Source: Alphaproteobacteria bacterium (GTDB taxonomy: Bacteria; Pseudomonadota; Alphaproteobacteria; Bin95). Taken from it: DNA of 64,000 nucleotides. The notes under the pieces are model-generated. The model worked only from the letters and a program-made list of their open reading frames with translations, ran no database searches and was not told the DNA's origin. The stretch is taken from positions 1,376,001 through 1,440,000 of the forward strand of contig OZ219787.1 in the NCBI GenBank assembly GCA_964291285.2. Reading direction: 5' to 3'. Positions 46,801 to 55,901 of the stretch are shown here, piece by piece (position 1 is the stretch's first letter; each line of letters starts with the position of its first letter). Both the position numbers and the translations under genes were made by a program.

Positions 46801-47247
46801 AGCCAGCCGCAAGGTCTCGAGTTTCGCCGACCGGCCGGCGGCGTCCTCGCCCAGCAACACGAAGTCGCGCAGGTTAGTCACCAGCACCAGGCGATAGCGG
46901 CCCCAATAGCGGCTGACCTGATCGCCCGAGGCCGTCAGCCACGCATCGTCGGCGAGCGGTTTCACCTCGACGACGCCACACTCCGGCAACTGGCCTTCGC
47001 GAGGCCGGCCCTTCTGCATCTGGCGCGCCGCATAGAGCGCGAAGTCGGGATGCCCCGCGCCTTGGTCGGCAGGCTCCTGAACGCAGTGCACCTTCGGCCT
47101 GAGCGCTGCACCAACGGCATTCAAAAGTCCGTGAAGCGGACCGTAGCTCGACCGCTCGCCGGTAGCGCCGCCCGAGGCGTACACACGACCGAGGTCAGCG
47201 AAGTATGTTTCCGCCGCTGCCGTCAGTTTCTTGTTCGTTTCCGCCAT
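43879..47247 (-). CDS. Single-polypeptide restriction-modification enzyme (N6-adenine MTase, type ISP-like C-terminal specificity domain, no helicase)
   Basis: PD...EVK nuclease-like N-terminus, GVWYTP, LDPCCGTG, GNPPY, YRPFD, GGYQVLKKWL. Confidence 0.88.
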   Translation of the reverse strand: MAETNKKLTAAAETYFADLGRVYASGGATGERSSYGPLHGLLNAVGAALRPKVHCVQEPADQGAGHPDFALYAARQMQKGRPREGQLPECGVVEVKPLADDAWLTASGDQVSRYWGRYRLVLVTNLRDFVLLGEDAAGRSAKLETLRLAESADDFRRRIGKPRAFARDVGAGLSEYLARALSHRAALAEPKDLAWLLASYARDGLARVEAAGDAPQLAAVRQALEEALGVRFEGERGARFFRSTLVQTLFYGVFSAWVLWARQVSPPVGSFRWREAVWHLRAPVLRALFQQLSDPGRLQPLGLVEVLDWTAAALNRVDRAAFFARFGEGEAVPYFYEPFLEAFDPALRKQLGVWYTPAEVVRYMVARVDRALRDDLGIADGLAAEHVYVLDPCCGTGAYLAEVLRRIASNLEGQGLGALAGARVRQAAAERVFGFEIMPAPFVVAHLQVGLTMQELDAPLADDTERAGVFLTNALTGWEPRTTKPLPFPELEEERDRAERVKQDAPVLVILGNPPYNGFAGMAVDEERELSEAYRTTQRVRRPEGQGLNDLYVRFFRMAERRIAEKTGQGVVCFISNYSWLDGLSFTGMRERYLEAFDTIRIDCLNGDKYRTGKVAPDGTPDPSIFSTGGDPVGIQVGTAIATLVRKADHRPTDTVEFRHLWGQAKRAELATTAEMEPDVLYEGIDPALPLGLPFVRTAVSADWTDWPSLPDLFPISFPGVKTSRNGFLVDVDLDRLKARIADYFDPKLSHEDIARRYPVAMTDAARFEARRVRDGLLKRGGPNEGGFIRFAYRPFDIRWLYWEKDTKLLDEKRANYRPHVFEGNLWLSAARYLRKEATEPQAYVTSHMGSLHLIERGAHLFPAWLRDDDLGGNGVGTHRANLSEAAHCYLRYLCLGVEDLFHHVLATLHDPAYREANAGALRMGWPRIPLPGWPDGVDEGAVEELARSAARGRELAVLLDPDTPVPGVTQAPLRPEAAALAVPATVGGRNMAGADFAVTAGWGHYGQGDAVMPGQGRAVERAFTPAERAYLGDILPALGDTTFDIYLNGDAFWRSVPAAVWTYRLGGYQVLKKWLSYRERAVLGRPLLPGEVQHFADTARRIASILLLTGASLSRSGPGGP

Positions 47248-48007
47248 GCTGTCTGTTGTCGCCGACGACGGAGCGACATGCAACCACTACCGACACTGAG
47301 ATGCCGCTCACGCGATCAGCATAGCACACCCGCCGGCGGTGGACGCGAATGCGGCAGGTCCCGACCTTGATCGCTAACCACCCGGTAGTTCACGCGGGTC
47401 GGGCCGCCGTCGAATCTGCGCTCCGGCCTGTATCGTCATGTCCGCCGCATCGAAGTGACCGTGCAGCGACATGCGCACGACGCGGTTCGCCACTACAGGC
47501 AGCCATGGAACCGCGATTGTATATCGGCCGGACCGGTCGAGCCCGCACCGCCGCCGACGATACGGGCCGACCGAATGACGCTGCCGATGAACGGGACTTC
47601 GCGCATTGATTTGTTCCCTCGTGCTTCCTATAGTGCCGTTCGGAAGCCGCGTGGCGGTTCGCAGGACTGTCTCCGCAAGTGCGCGGCGGGCGCTGTCGCT
47701 CATGCGCCGCTCGGGCTGAATGCCGATGGCACAACGGCTTTCATCGCCCGACGGGTAGAGCGGTCAGGAAGCGCGATTGGAACGCCCTTCGGCGCGGTGG
47801 TTTTCACACCCGACGCATCCTTGATGCAGGGAGCGAGGCCCGGCCGGTCTGCATCGATCGGCAGTTTTCCGTTGCGTGACAGACGGTTGGGCCTGGCCCG
47901 GCCTCTGACCGCGGTTTCGCGCGCGGGTCGCGTTGTCCGTTCAGGAGCGCCGTTCCGTTCCCCCGGGACGGACGGCGCCCGAGGGAACAGACAACGGAGA
48001 CACGCCC

Positions 48008-49144
48008 ATGCGCATCCATGCCCCCGTCAACGAGCGGACGGTCCGCCGCACCTTCAGGGAGAAGAAACCCGGACGATACGGCCTGACCGTCATCGACAGG
48101 GACCTGCCCGCCTTCGGCTTCACCGTCGCCGGGAACGGGACGAAGACCTTCTTCGTCCGGACCTCGCGCCAGTTCGGCGCGCCCAGGGCGATCCTCGGCA
48201 CGACCGACGACATGACCGCCGCCGAGGCGAGGGAGAAGGCCATTGCCGCCATCGCCGAAGCCAAAGCCGACCGCGAGACCGGGCCGCTGTTCGCCGACTT
48301 CGCGGCCGACTTCATGCGCCGCCAGGGGCGGCGCTGGAAATCCTCCACGAGGAAGGCAAACGCCCATCTGGTCGAGCGCCGCCTCCTGCCCTTCTTCGGT
48401 GCGATGCCCGTCGCGAAGATCGACCGCGCCGATGTGCGGCGCTGGTTCGATTCCCTCAGCGGAACCCCCGGCAGCGCCAACCGGACCCTGCCGGTGCTCT
48501 CGGTGATGATGCGGCAGGCGGAGCTGTGGGACCTTCGCCCGCAGGGTTCCAACCCCTGCCGCAACATGCGGCGCTACAGGACGGCGCCGCGCGAGCGGTT
48601 CCTGTCGCTGGAGGAACTCAAGCGCCTCGGCTTCGTCCTCGACCATGCGGAGGACCGGCAGGCCGCCGCCGCCATCCGCCTGCTGCTGTTCACCGGCGCC
48701 CGGTCGTCCGAGATCGCCAGCCTGCAATGGGACTGGATACGGGACACCCGCGCGGTGTTGCCGGACTCCAAGACCGGGCCGAAGGCGCTCCAGCTTCCCC
48801 CGCCCGCGCGGGCCGTCCTGAATGGCCTGCCGCGCGAGGGACGCTTCGCCTTCCCGAACGGGAAGGGCGACGGCCCGATGACCGACCTCGGCCTGCGCTG
48901 GCAGAAGCTGCGCGGTCTCGCCGGGCTGGACGATGTGCGCATCCATGACTGCCGGCATACCTTCGCCTCCCATGCCGTGATGAGCGGCCTCGACCTCTAC
49001 ACCGTCGGCCGCCTGCTCGGCCATGCCGATACCGCCTCCACCGAACGCTACGCCCATCTCGCCGACGAGCATGTCCGCGAGGCGGCCGGGCGCATCTCCG
49101 GGATCGTCCACGAGGCCATGACCGGGAAGGAGAGCGGGCGATGA
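48008..49144 (+). CDS. Tyrosine integrase (pair 2, gene A)
   Basis: TGARSSE, DSKTG, HDCRH, LLGH, RYAH; GGAGA RBS. Confidence 0.92.
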   Translation: MRIHAPVNERTVRRTFREKKPGRYGLTVIDRDLPAFGFTVAGNGTKTFFVRTSRQFGAPRAILGTTDDMTAAEAREKAIAAIAEAKADRETGPLFADFAADFMRRQGRRWKSSTRKANAHLVERRLLPFFGAMPVAKIDRADVRRWFDSLSGTPGSANRTLPVLSVMMRQAELWDLRPQGSNPCRNMRRYRTAPRERFLSLEELKRLGFVLDHAEDRQAAAAIRLLLFTGARSSEIASLQWDWIRDTRAVLPDSKTGPKALQLPPPARAVLNGLPREGRFAFPNGKGDGPMTDLGLRWQKLRGLAGLDDVRIHDCRHTFASHAVMSGLDLYTVGRLLGHADTASTERYAHLADEHVREAAGRISGIVHEAMTGKESGR

Positions 49145-50490
49145 GCGGCGGCAGGCATCGTGTCCGGCTCACCGTGAAGGCCGTCGCCGCCGCCAAGCCG
49201 GCGGAACGGGAATACACCCTGTGGGACAATCTGCTGGCGCATTTCGGGGTGCGGATACAGCCCTCCGGCGTCCGGTCCTGGATCGTCCAGACCCGCGTCC
49301 GGGGACGCATGCGCAAGATCACCCTCGGGCGCTTCCCCGAACTGCCTCTCGACGCAGCCCGCCGGGAAGGCGCGGCCGTGCTCGCCCGCCTGTGGGGCGG
49401 CGAAGACGTGACGCCACCGCGCAAGGAGAAGGCGCCGCTGTTCCGGGACTTCGCCGCCCGTTACCGCGAGCGGCGGAAACACCGCTGGAAGCCGTCCTCG
49501 CTCAAGACCTTCGATAGCTACATGAAGAACCGCCTGATGCCGCATTTCGGCAGGCTCCGGCTCGACGCCATCGACCATGCGCGGGTCTCGGCATGGTTCG
49601 ACGCCGCCAGCGCGGACAGGCCCGGCGCGGCCAACCGCGCCTTCGAGATACTCCGCGCCATGCTCGGGACGGCCCGGCAGTGGGGCGACCTCGGCGAGCA
49701 TGTCCCCGATGCCTGCGCCAACATCGTGAAGAACCCCCGCAAGCCCGTCGCGCGCTACCTCAGCCGCGAAGAGCTGGAGCGTCTCGGCGCGGTGCTGGAT
49801 CGACACCGGGAGCAGCACCCCTGGCCGGTGGCGGCCATCCGGCTGTTGACGCTCACCGGAGCGCGGCTCTCCGAAGTCATCAACCTCAGGTGGGACGAGA
49901 TCGGAGAGCTGGGCGGAGACGGCGCGAGCGCGCGCATCGAAGACTCCAAGACCGGGCCGCGCACCATCTGGCTCGGACCCGAAGCGGCAAGGCTGGTCGA
50001 AGCGCTGCCGCGACCGGATGGCCGGGAGCGGGTGTTCCCCGAGACCCTCACATCGGCAAGGCTCTACACCTTCTGGTGCGGTATCCGCGACGAGGCGGGG
50101 CTTCCGGGCCTTCGCATCCACGACTGCCGCCATACCTGGGCCTCGCAGGGCGTCATGAACGGCGTCGGGCTCACCACGGTCGGACGGCTGCTCGGACACC
50201 GCAAGCGGGAGACCACCGCGATCTACGCCCATCTCGACGACAGCGCGCTGCGCGACGCCGCCGCGCAGGCCGCCGCCGTCATCGCGCGCGCCATGGGATA
50301 CAGGGCGGAGGCGCCTCCAATGCCGGACGAGGCGGAACACGGCGATGTGTCGGCTGCCACGCCCGGGCTCCCGGGTCCCGGAAAGCCAATTGCGCCAGAG
50401 GGGGAGGGGGTTCCTCTTCGGAGCAGAACCGGGGATCCGGAGCGATCGGATGCAAGCATCCGCCGAAGACCGCAGGGTATAGAGATCTGA
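49141..50490 (+). CDS. Tyrosine integrase (pair 2, gene B)
   Basis: TGARLSE, DSKTG, HDCRH, LLGH, IYAH; ATGA coupling. Confidence 0.92.
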   Translation: MSGGRHRVRLTVKAVAAAKPAEREYTLWDNLLAHFGVRIQPSGVRSWIVQTRVRGRMRKITLGRFPELPLDAARREGAAVLARLWGGEDVTPPRKEKAPLFRDFAARYRERRKHRWKPSSLKTFDSYMKNRLMPHFGRLRLDAIDHARVSAWFDAASADRPGAANRAFEILRAMLGTARQWGDLGEHVPDACANIVKNPRKPVARYLSREELERLGAVLDRHREQHPWPVAAIRLLTLTGARLSEVINLRWDEIGELGGDGASARIEDSKTGPRTIWLGPEAARLVEALPRPDGRERVFPETLTSARLYTFWCGIRDEAGLPGLRIHDCRHTWASQGVMNGVGLTTVGRLLGHRKRETTAIYAHLDDSALRDAAAQAAAVIARAMGYRAEAPPMPDEAEHGDVSAATPGLPGPGKPIAPEGEGVPLRSRTGDPERSDASIRRRPQGIEI

Positions 50491-50544
50491 GTTTGTCGCG
50501 GACGTCGAGCTGATCGGGGAGCGCCAGGCAGGGTCTTTGGCCAT

Positions 50545-50712
50545 GCGCCCTGATCGGGTTGCCGGTCGTCCCGCCAGTTCCAGGGAAAGGGCCCGTCGAG
50601 CCGGCTCTGCGGCGTTCCGGCGATGCGGGCGGGCACATCGACGAGCCAAGCCTGAGGATCGGCCTTGTTGAGCCTAGCGGTGCCGATCAGGGTGTACATG
50701 GCCGCGGCGCGC
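50545..50712 (-). pseudogene. IS66 TnpC C-terminal remnant
   Basis: AAAMYTLIGTARLN.DPQAWL...RIAGTPQ.RLD...PWNW, similar to 16030-16170. Confidence 0.8.
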
Positions 50713-50824
50713 CTGATTGCGCTCAACTCATTGCAATAAATAGCTCATACTACCATCCGCACACCTCCCAGATCGCCGATCAGGAACATCAAAACAGGCC
50801 GAAGTGGTTCGCAAGGGCGCTCTA

Positions 50825-51648
50825 GGCAGAATCGACATTCATCGCATCCAGAGGATAGCAGAAGCGATGTGTATGAAGGCGAGGAAGTATATTGCTTTTC
50901 GGTCGTATCGGGTTGCGATGCGGCGGAAGTGTTTGATCTTGTTGAAGTAGCGCTCGATGCGGTTTCGGTGTTTGTAGATTTCGGCGTCATAGCCGATGAG
51001 GCGCTTTCGCGTTGGATTGCAGGGGATGACGGCCTCGGCCTCGATGTCGGCGATGCGGTTGCGGATGGCATTGGCGTCGTAAGCAGCGTCGGCGAGCACA
51101 TGGCGGGGCCGAAACCCCTCCATCAACGCCAGGGCCCTTGGCGCGTCGCCGGCCTGTCCGGGCGAGAGGATCACGCGGAGCGGTCGTCCGAGAGTGTCGC
51201 AGGCGATGTGTATTTTGGTCGTCAGTCCGCCTCTGGAACGCCCCAGAGCCTGATCCCGGCCCCCCTTTTCCGGTCGCCGCCTGTTGATGCGCGCGCACGA
51301 TGGTGCTGTCGAGCATGAGATAGCCATTGTCGCGATCCGCCGTTAGGGTATCGAACACCCTCTCCCACACGCCCACTTTGGCCCAGCGTGTGAAACGCTT
51401 GTGCACCGACTTCCACTTCTCATAGCGCGGCGGCAGGTCGTGCCAGTGGGCGCCCGAACGAAGCACCCACAGAACCGCGTTGACGAACAACCGGTTGTCT
51501 GCTCCCGAACGCCCCGGATCGCCCGGCTTGCCCAGAAGCAGACCTTCGATGCGGACCCACTGCGCATCCGTCAGCTCATAGCGCTTCACCATACGCCCAA
51601 CTCCAACCGAAAATCAGTTGGAGCGTCATGAATCACATAATGTCTTCC
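50825..51648 (-). mobile_element. IS5-family (IS427-like) element; frameshifted transposase 50839..51592
   Basis: RYELTDAQW, LDSTIVRAHQ, GRSRGGLTTKIH, ADAAYD, FRRIATRYD; CTAG on both flanks. Confidence 0.88.
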
Positions 51649-51760
51649 TAGGTCCTGTGGACGGATTTGATCAAGATGAAGGCAGCGGCGAGTGCGACGA
51701 AGGAGCTGAAGTTTGTGGCGGTCTTTTCGCAGCGCAGGGCGATGCGTTTGAAGCGTTTGA
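51649..51760 (-). pseudogene. IS5-family transposase C-terminal remnant
   Basis: KRFKRIALRCEKTATNFSSFVALAAAFILIKSVHRT*. Confidence 0.7.
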
Positions 51761-51964
51761 TTTGAATGGCATGACGGATGATGGGTTGAATTAATACAGC
51801 AATTACAATCCATTACAGTGAGAACACAGGATATTTCCAGAAACGTATCAACACTATGTCATCACGAAGACCGCATCGTCGCGGAAAGCTGTGCGGGGAA
51901 GGCAACCCGCGGGTCTCATAAGGCTCGTGTTGCCCGGCGACCCTCCAGCATTGAGAATGCGGAC

Positions 51965-52160
51965 ATGTGTCTCTGGAGCATTCATCCCGGGCATCTTGCC
52001 CCCCGCGGGCTGGCCGTGCTGTGGAGGAGTTGTCACGCGAGGCGGAAGCCCTGCGCGGACGCTCGAACGACCGGCAACAGCCGGATTCCCGGCGCCGCTC
52101 AGGCCTGCGCTGCCGACAGGGCCGACGAACGGCTCCCTGAGCCGAACCGGGCCGTATGAA
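51965..52160 (+). pseudogene. Degraded pyrimidine-dimer DNA glycosylase-like gene
   Basis: MCLWSIHPGHLAPRGLAVLWR resembles the family start MRLWSLHP.YLD..GLVALWRE; similarity then collapses. Confidence 0.5.
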
Positions 52161-52346
52161 CGGCGGATTGGCGGAAGGTTGGGTACCTCTGTCGGAATTG
52201 GGACTGCCGCAGCGCTCCTATGGCAAGGGCCGTCTCTTCGCTCGGCATGATCGGGACATGGAAAGTGCGATATAGCATTTGCTATGTCGCACGAGATGGT
52301 CTAATCCTTGCGCCCCATGTAATCGAGAAACGACGGGCGACCGGGA

Positions 52347-55300
52347 ATGGGCGACATTCCGGAAGACTATCCACTCCGGGTCAAGGACTTGCGTGGGCGG
52401 TTGGGGCTCACGCAGGCGCAGATGGCGGAGCGCGTCGGCGTGTCGTTCGCGACAGTGAACCGCTGGGAGAACAGCCAGTCCAGGCCCGGGCGCCTGGCGT
52501 GGCGCGGGATCGTCGATCTGGAAGCCGAGGTCCGGCACTTGACCCGGCCGGCCGAGCCGCCCGCCGCTTCGGCGACGCCAACACTCGACTTTGGCTCCGA
52601 GCCGGCAGCGGTGGCTGCCGTTGCGGCGGCGACGCGGCTCGCCTACGGCCACCTGTCCAACCCGGCTTTCGCCAGCGAGATATCCTCGATCGACCCGTTG
52701 CCGCACCAGCGTATCGCCGTCTACGAGCACATGATCGGCCAGTCGCCGCTGCGGTTTCTCCTTGCCGACGACGCCGGCGCCGGAAAGACGATCATGACGG
52801 GGCTGTATCTCCGCGAGATGCTCGTGCGACGGCTGGTGACCCGTGTGCTTGTGGCGGCGCCGGCCGGGCTGGTCGGCAACTGGGAACGCGAGATGCGCAC
52901 GCTGTTCCGCCTCCCCTTCCGCATCGTGCGCGGTCCCGACGCCCGCGCCGGGAACCCGTTCGTCGGGCCGGAGAGCGACCGCGTCGTCGTCAGCGTCGAC
53001 ACGCTTGCCGGCGAACGCATGTTCGGGCGCCTGCGCGAGGCGGTGGAAACGGGCGCCGCGCGGCCCTATGACCTCGTGGTGTTCGACGAGGCCCACAAGC
53101 TGGCCGCCGCCCGCGAGCAGGATTTCCGAGTCCGCAAGACCGGCCGCTACCGCCTCGCCGAGGCGCTGGCCGGCCTGCCCGCCAACTGCGCGCGCTGGCG
53201 ACTGGGCTGGTCGGCACCCAACATCCTGCTGCTGACCGCGACGCCGCACATGGGCAAGGACTTCCCCTACTACTGTCTGTGGCGCCTGCTCGCGCCGGAC
53301 GCGCTGGCGACCTTCGAGGCGTTCGCGGACTTCCCCGAAGCGCAGCGCCGCCGCCACTTCATCCGCCGCACAAAGGAAGAGATGGTTCACGCCGACGGCC
53401 GCCCCCTCTACCCGCAACGCAAGTGCGACACCCTCAGCTACGTGCTCGCCCCGGCCGAACAGGAGCTTTATGACGCGACCACGCAGTACATTGAGGAAAC
53501 CTGCAACAAGGCGCGCATTCTGAACCGTTCCGCGGCCCGTCTTGCGATGAGCGTGTTCCAGCGTCGGCTCGCCAGCTCGACCTATGCCGTGATGCGCTCG
53601 TTCGAGCGCCGCCTCGCCCGCCTGGACGAGGCCGTCGCGCTCGTCCGGGCGGGCCGCAGCGAGGAGCTGGAGCGGGGCCAGACCCGGCTCGGTAAGACAC
53701 CGGATTTCTTCGAATCCCGCACCGCCGACGAGGAGGCGGACGACAGCGGCGAACGGGAGCGCCACGAGGAATTCGAAGAGGCCGCGCTCGGCGGTTTCGC
53801 CGCGCTCACCCTGACGCAACTCCGGGAGGAGCGGGCGGAGGTCGAGGTCCTTCTGTTCCAGGCGCGCCGCCTCGCCGAAGCTGGCGAGGACTCCAAGTTC
53901 GAGAAGCTGCGCGCGGTCATGGGCGATCCGGCCTTCGCCCGGGAGAAGCTCATCGTCTTCACCGAGCACCGCGACACGGCGGCGTTTCTGGTGCGCCGCC
54001 TGGAAGGTCTCGGCTTCGCCGGGCGGGTCGCCCTGGTCCACGGCGGGCTGGACTACCGCGCGCGCGAGGCGCAGGTGGAACTGTTCCGGCGTCCGGCGGA
54101 GCGCGGCGGCGCCAGCTATCTGGTCGCGACCGATGCCGCCGGCGAGGGCATCAATCTCCAGTTCTGCTGGCTGATGGTGAATTACGACCTGCCCTGGAAC
54201 CCGGCGCGGCTGGAGCAGAGGATGGGGCGCATCCACCGCTACGGGCAGACGCGCGACCCGGTGGTGATCGTCAACCTGGTCGCCGGGGAGACGCGCGAAG
54301 GCCGGGTCCTCAAGGTGCTGCTCGACAAGCTCGAGGCGATCCGCAAGGAACTCCGCTCGGACAAGGTGTTCGATGTCGTCGGGCACCTGTTCGAGAATCT
54401 GCCGCTCAAGGACTATCTGGAGCAGGCGGTGACGGAGGCTGGCGCCCGCGCCGCTGTCGAGGCGTTCGAGGCCAATCTGACGCCGGAACGGGCGGTCGCC
54501 ATTGAAGCGCGGGAGCGTGGCCTCTACGGCAGCGGCGAGGTCCGCGCCCGCCTTCCCGAACTCAACGCGACCATGGAGCGGGAACAGTATCGCCGCCTGC
54601 TCCCCGGCCATGTCCGCCACTTCGTCGAGACCGCGGCCCCCTTGATCGACCTGCGGCTGGAGGGCGACGCGGGCGGCGTGTTCGACTTCGTGCCCCAACG
54701 CCCGCGCGCCGCCGACGATATGCGCGCCGCGATGGACGTCTACCCCGAAGCGATGCGGGGCCGGTTGACGTTCCAGCGTCCGGAATCTGGCGGCGACACC
54801 ATCTGGATGCATCCCGGCGAGCCGGTGTTCGAGTGCTTTCACGCCGCTCTGCTGGCGCGCCACGGCGGCGAGGCGCTGCGCGGCGCGATATTCGTCGATC
54901 CCCACGCCGAGGAACCCTACCTCTTTCACCTGGCCCGGGTCTCGGTGGTGCGGCGCGGCCGGAACCGGGTGGAGACGGTCGAGATACGCCCGGTCGGGCT
55001 GCGGCAGGAGAGCGACGGCGCCGTTTCGCCCTGCCCGCCGGAGCATCTGCTCTTGTTGCGCGGCATTGGCGGCGTCGCGCCCGGCAGCATACCGCTGGCC
55101 CGCGCGGCGCACAGGCTCACGGAGAACGCCAGGGCGTCGCTGAAGGAGACTGCACTGCGCATGGCGGCGAAACATCGCGTGCGCCTTGAGGAGGCGCTGC
55201 CGGAACGGCGCCGTTGGACCGCGCGCGGCTACGACTACAAGACCGCCGAATTGATGACGAGGCGCCGGAGCATGAGCGGGGAGGCCCGCCAGGGCGATTC

Positions 55301-55901
55301 GCAAGCGCAAGCGGAGCTCGCCATCGTGAAGGAAGAGCAGAACCGCCTGGTCGCGGAGCAGCGCTGCCATCTGGCGGCGCTGGAGGCGGAGCCTGCCTCG
55401 ATCGGGCCCGGCGAGGCAGCGATGATCGCCCATGCACTGGTCCTGCCGACCGGTGACCCGGAAGAGCGGCAGCGGCACGACGCCGAAGTCGAGGCGATCG
55501 CCATGGCCCATGCGCGCGCCCATGAGGAAGCGGCGGGGGCTTCGGTTCGAGACGTGTCGCGGCCCGCGCTGGCGCGGCGCGCCGGCTTGGGCGACTGGCC
55601 CGGCTTCGACCTTCGTTCGCTGCGCCCGGCCGGAGCGGGCGGGCCGGCCGAGGACCGCGCCATAGAGGTCAAGGGCCGCGCCGGATCGGGCGCGGTGGAA
55701 GTGAGCGAAAACGAATGGGCGGCGGCCTGCAACCTGCGCGAGCGCTACTGGCTCTATGTCGTCTTCGATTGCGCCGGGCCGCGCCCCCGCCTGGTCAGGG
55801 TGCGCGACCCCTTCGGCCGCCTGCTGGCCCGGACGAAAGGCGGCGTCGTCATCTCGGCGTCGGAAATCTTGTCGGCAAGCACGGACGAGAGGGTGGCGTA
55901 A
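52347..55901 (+). CDS. XRE-HTH + SNF2 helicase + DUF3883 nuclease-like fusion
   Basis: LTQAQMAERVGVSFATVNRWE; LLADDAGAGKT; DEAH; TATPH; ATDAAGEGINL; EQRMGRIHR; GFDL...IEVKG...SENEW. Confidence 0.92.
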   Translation: MGDIPEDYPLRVKDLRGRLGLTQAQMAERVGVSFATVNRWENSQSRPGRLAWRGIVDLEAEVRHLTRPAEPPAASATPTLDFGSEPAAVAAVAAATRLAYGHLSNPAFASEISSIDPLPHQRIAVYEHMIGQSPLRFLLADDAGAGKTIMTGLYLREMLVRRLVTRVLVAAPAGLVGNWEREMRTLFRLPFRIVRGPDARAGNPFVGPESDRVVVSVDTLAGERMFGRLREAVETGAARPYDLVVFDEAHKLAAAREQDFRVRKTGRYRLAEALAGLPANCARWRLGWSAPNILLLTATPHMGKDFPYYCLWRLLAPDALATFEAFADFPEAQRRRHFIRRTKEEMVHADGRPLYPQRKCDTLSYVLAPAEQELYDATTQYIEETCNKARILNRSAARLAMSVFQRRLASSTYAVMRSFERRLARLDEAVALVRAGRSEELERGQTRLGKTPDFFESRTADEEADDSGERERHEEFEEAALGGFAALTLTQLREERAEVEVLLFQARRLAEAGEDSKFEKLRAVMGDPAFAREKLIVFTEHRDTAAFLVRRLEGLGFAGRVALVHGGLDYRAREAQVELFRRPAERGGASYLVATDAAGEGINLQFCWLMVNYDLPWNPARLEQRMGRIHRYGQTRDPVVIVNLVAGETREGRVLKVLLDKLEAIRKELRSDKVFDVVGHLFENLPLKDYLEQAVTEAGARAAVEAFEANLTPERAVAIEARERGLYGSGEVRARLPELNATMEREQYRRLLPGHVRHFVETAAPLIDLRLEGDAGGVFDFVPQRPRAADDMRAAMDVYPEAMRGRLTFQRPESGGDTIWMHPGEPVFECFHAALLARHGGEALRGAIFVDPHAEEPYLFHLARVSVVRRGRNRVETVEIRPVGLRQESDGAVSPCPPEHLLLLRGIGGVAPGSIPLARAAHRLTENARASLKETALRMAAKHRVRLEEALPERRRWTARGYDYKTAELMTRRRSMSGEARQGDSQAQAELAIVKEEQNRLVAEQRCHLAALEAEPASIGPGEAAMIAHALVLPTGDPEERQRHDAEVEAIAMAHARAHEEAAGASVRDVSRPALARRAGLGDWPGFDLRSLRPAGAGGPAEDRAIEVKGRAGSGAVEVSENEWAAACNLRERYWLYVVFDCAGPRPRLVRVRDPFGRLLARTKGGVVISASEILSASTDERVA

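Noticed and set aside
52218-55523. 1101-aa minus-strand ORF, and similar long antisense ORFs such as 44233..46440 and 23205..25106
   Set aside because: Shadow frames opposite well-supported genes in high-GC DNA; no motifs
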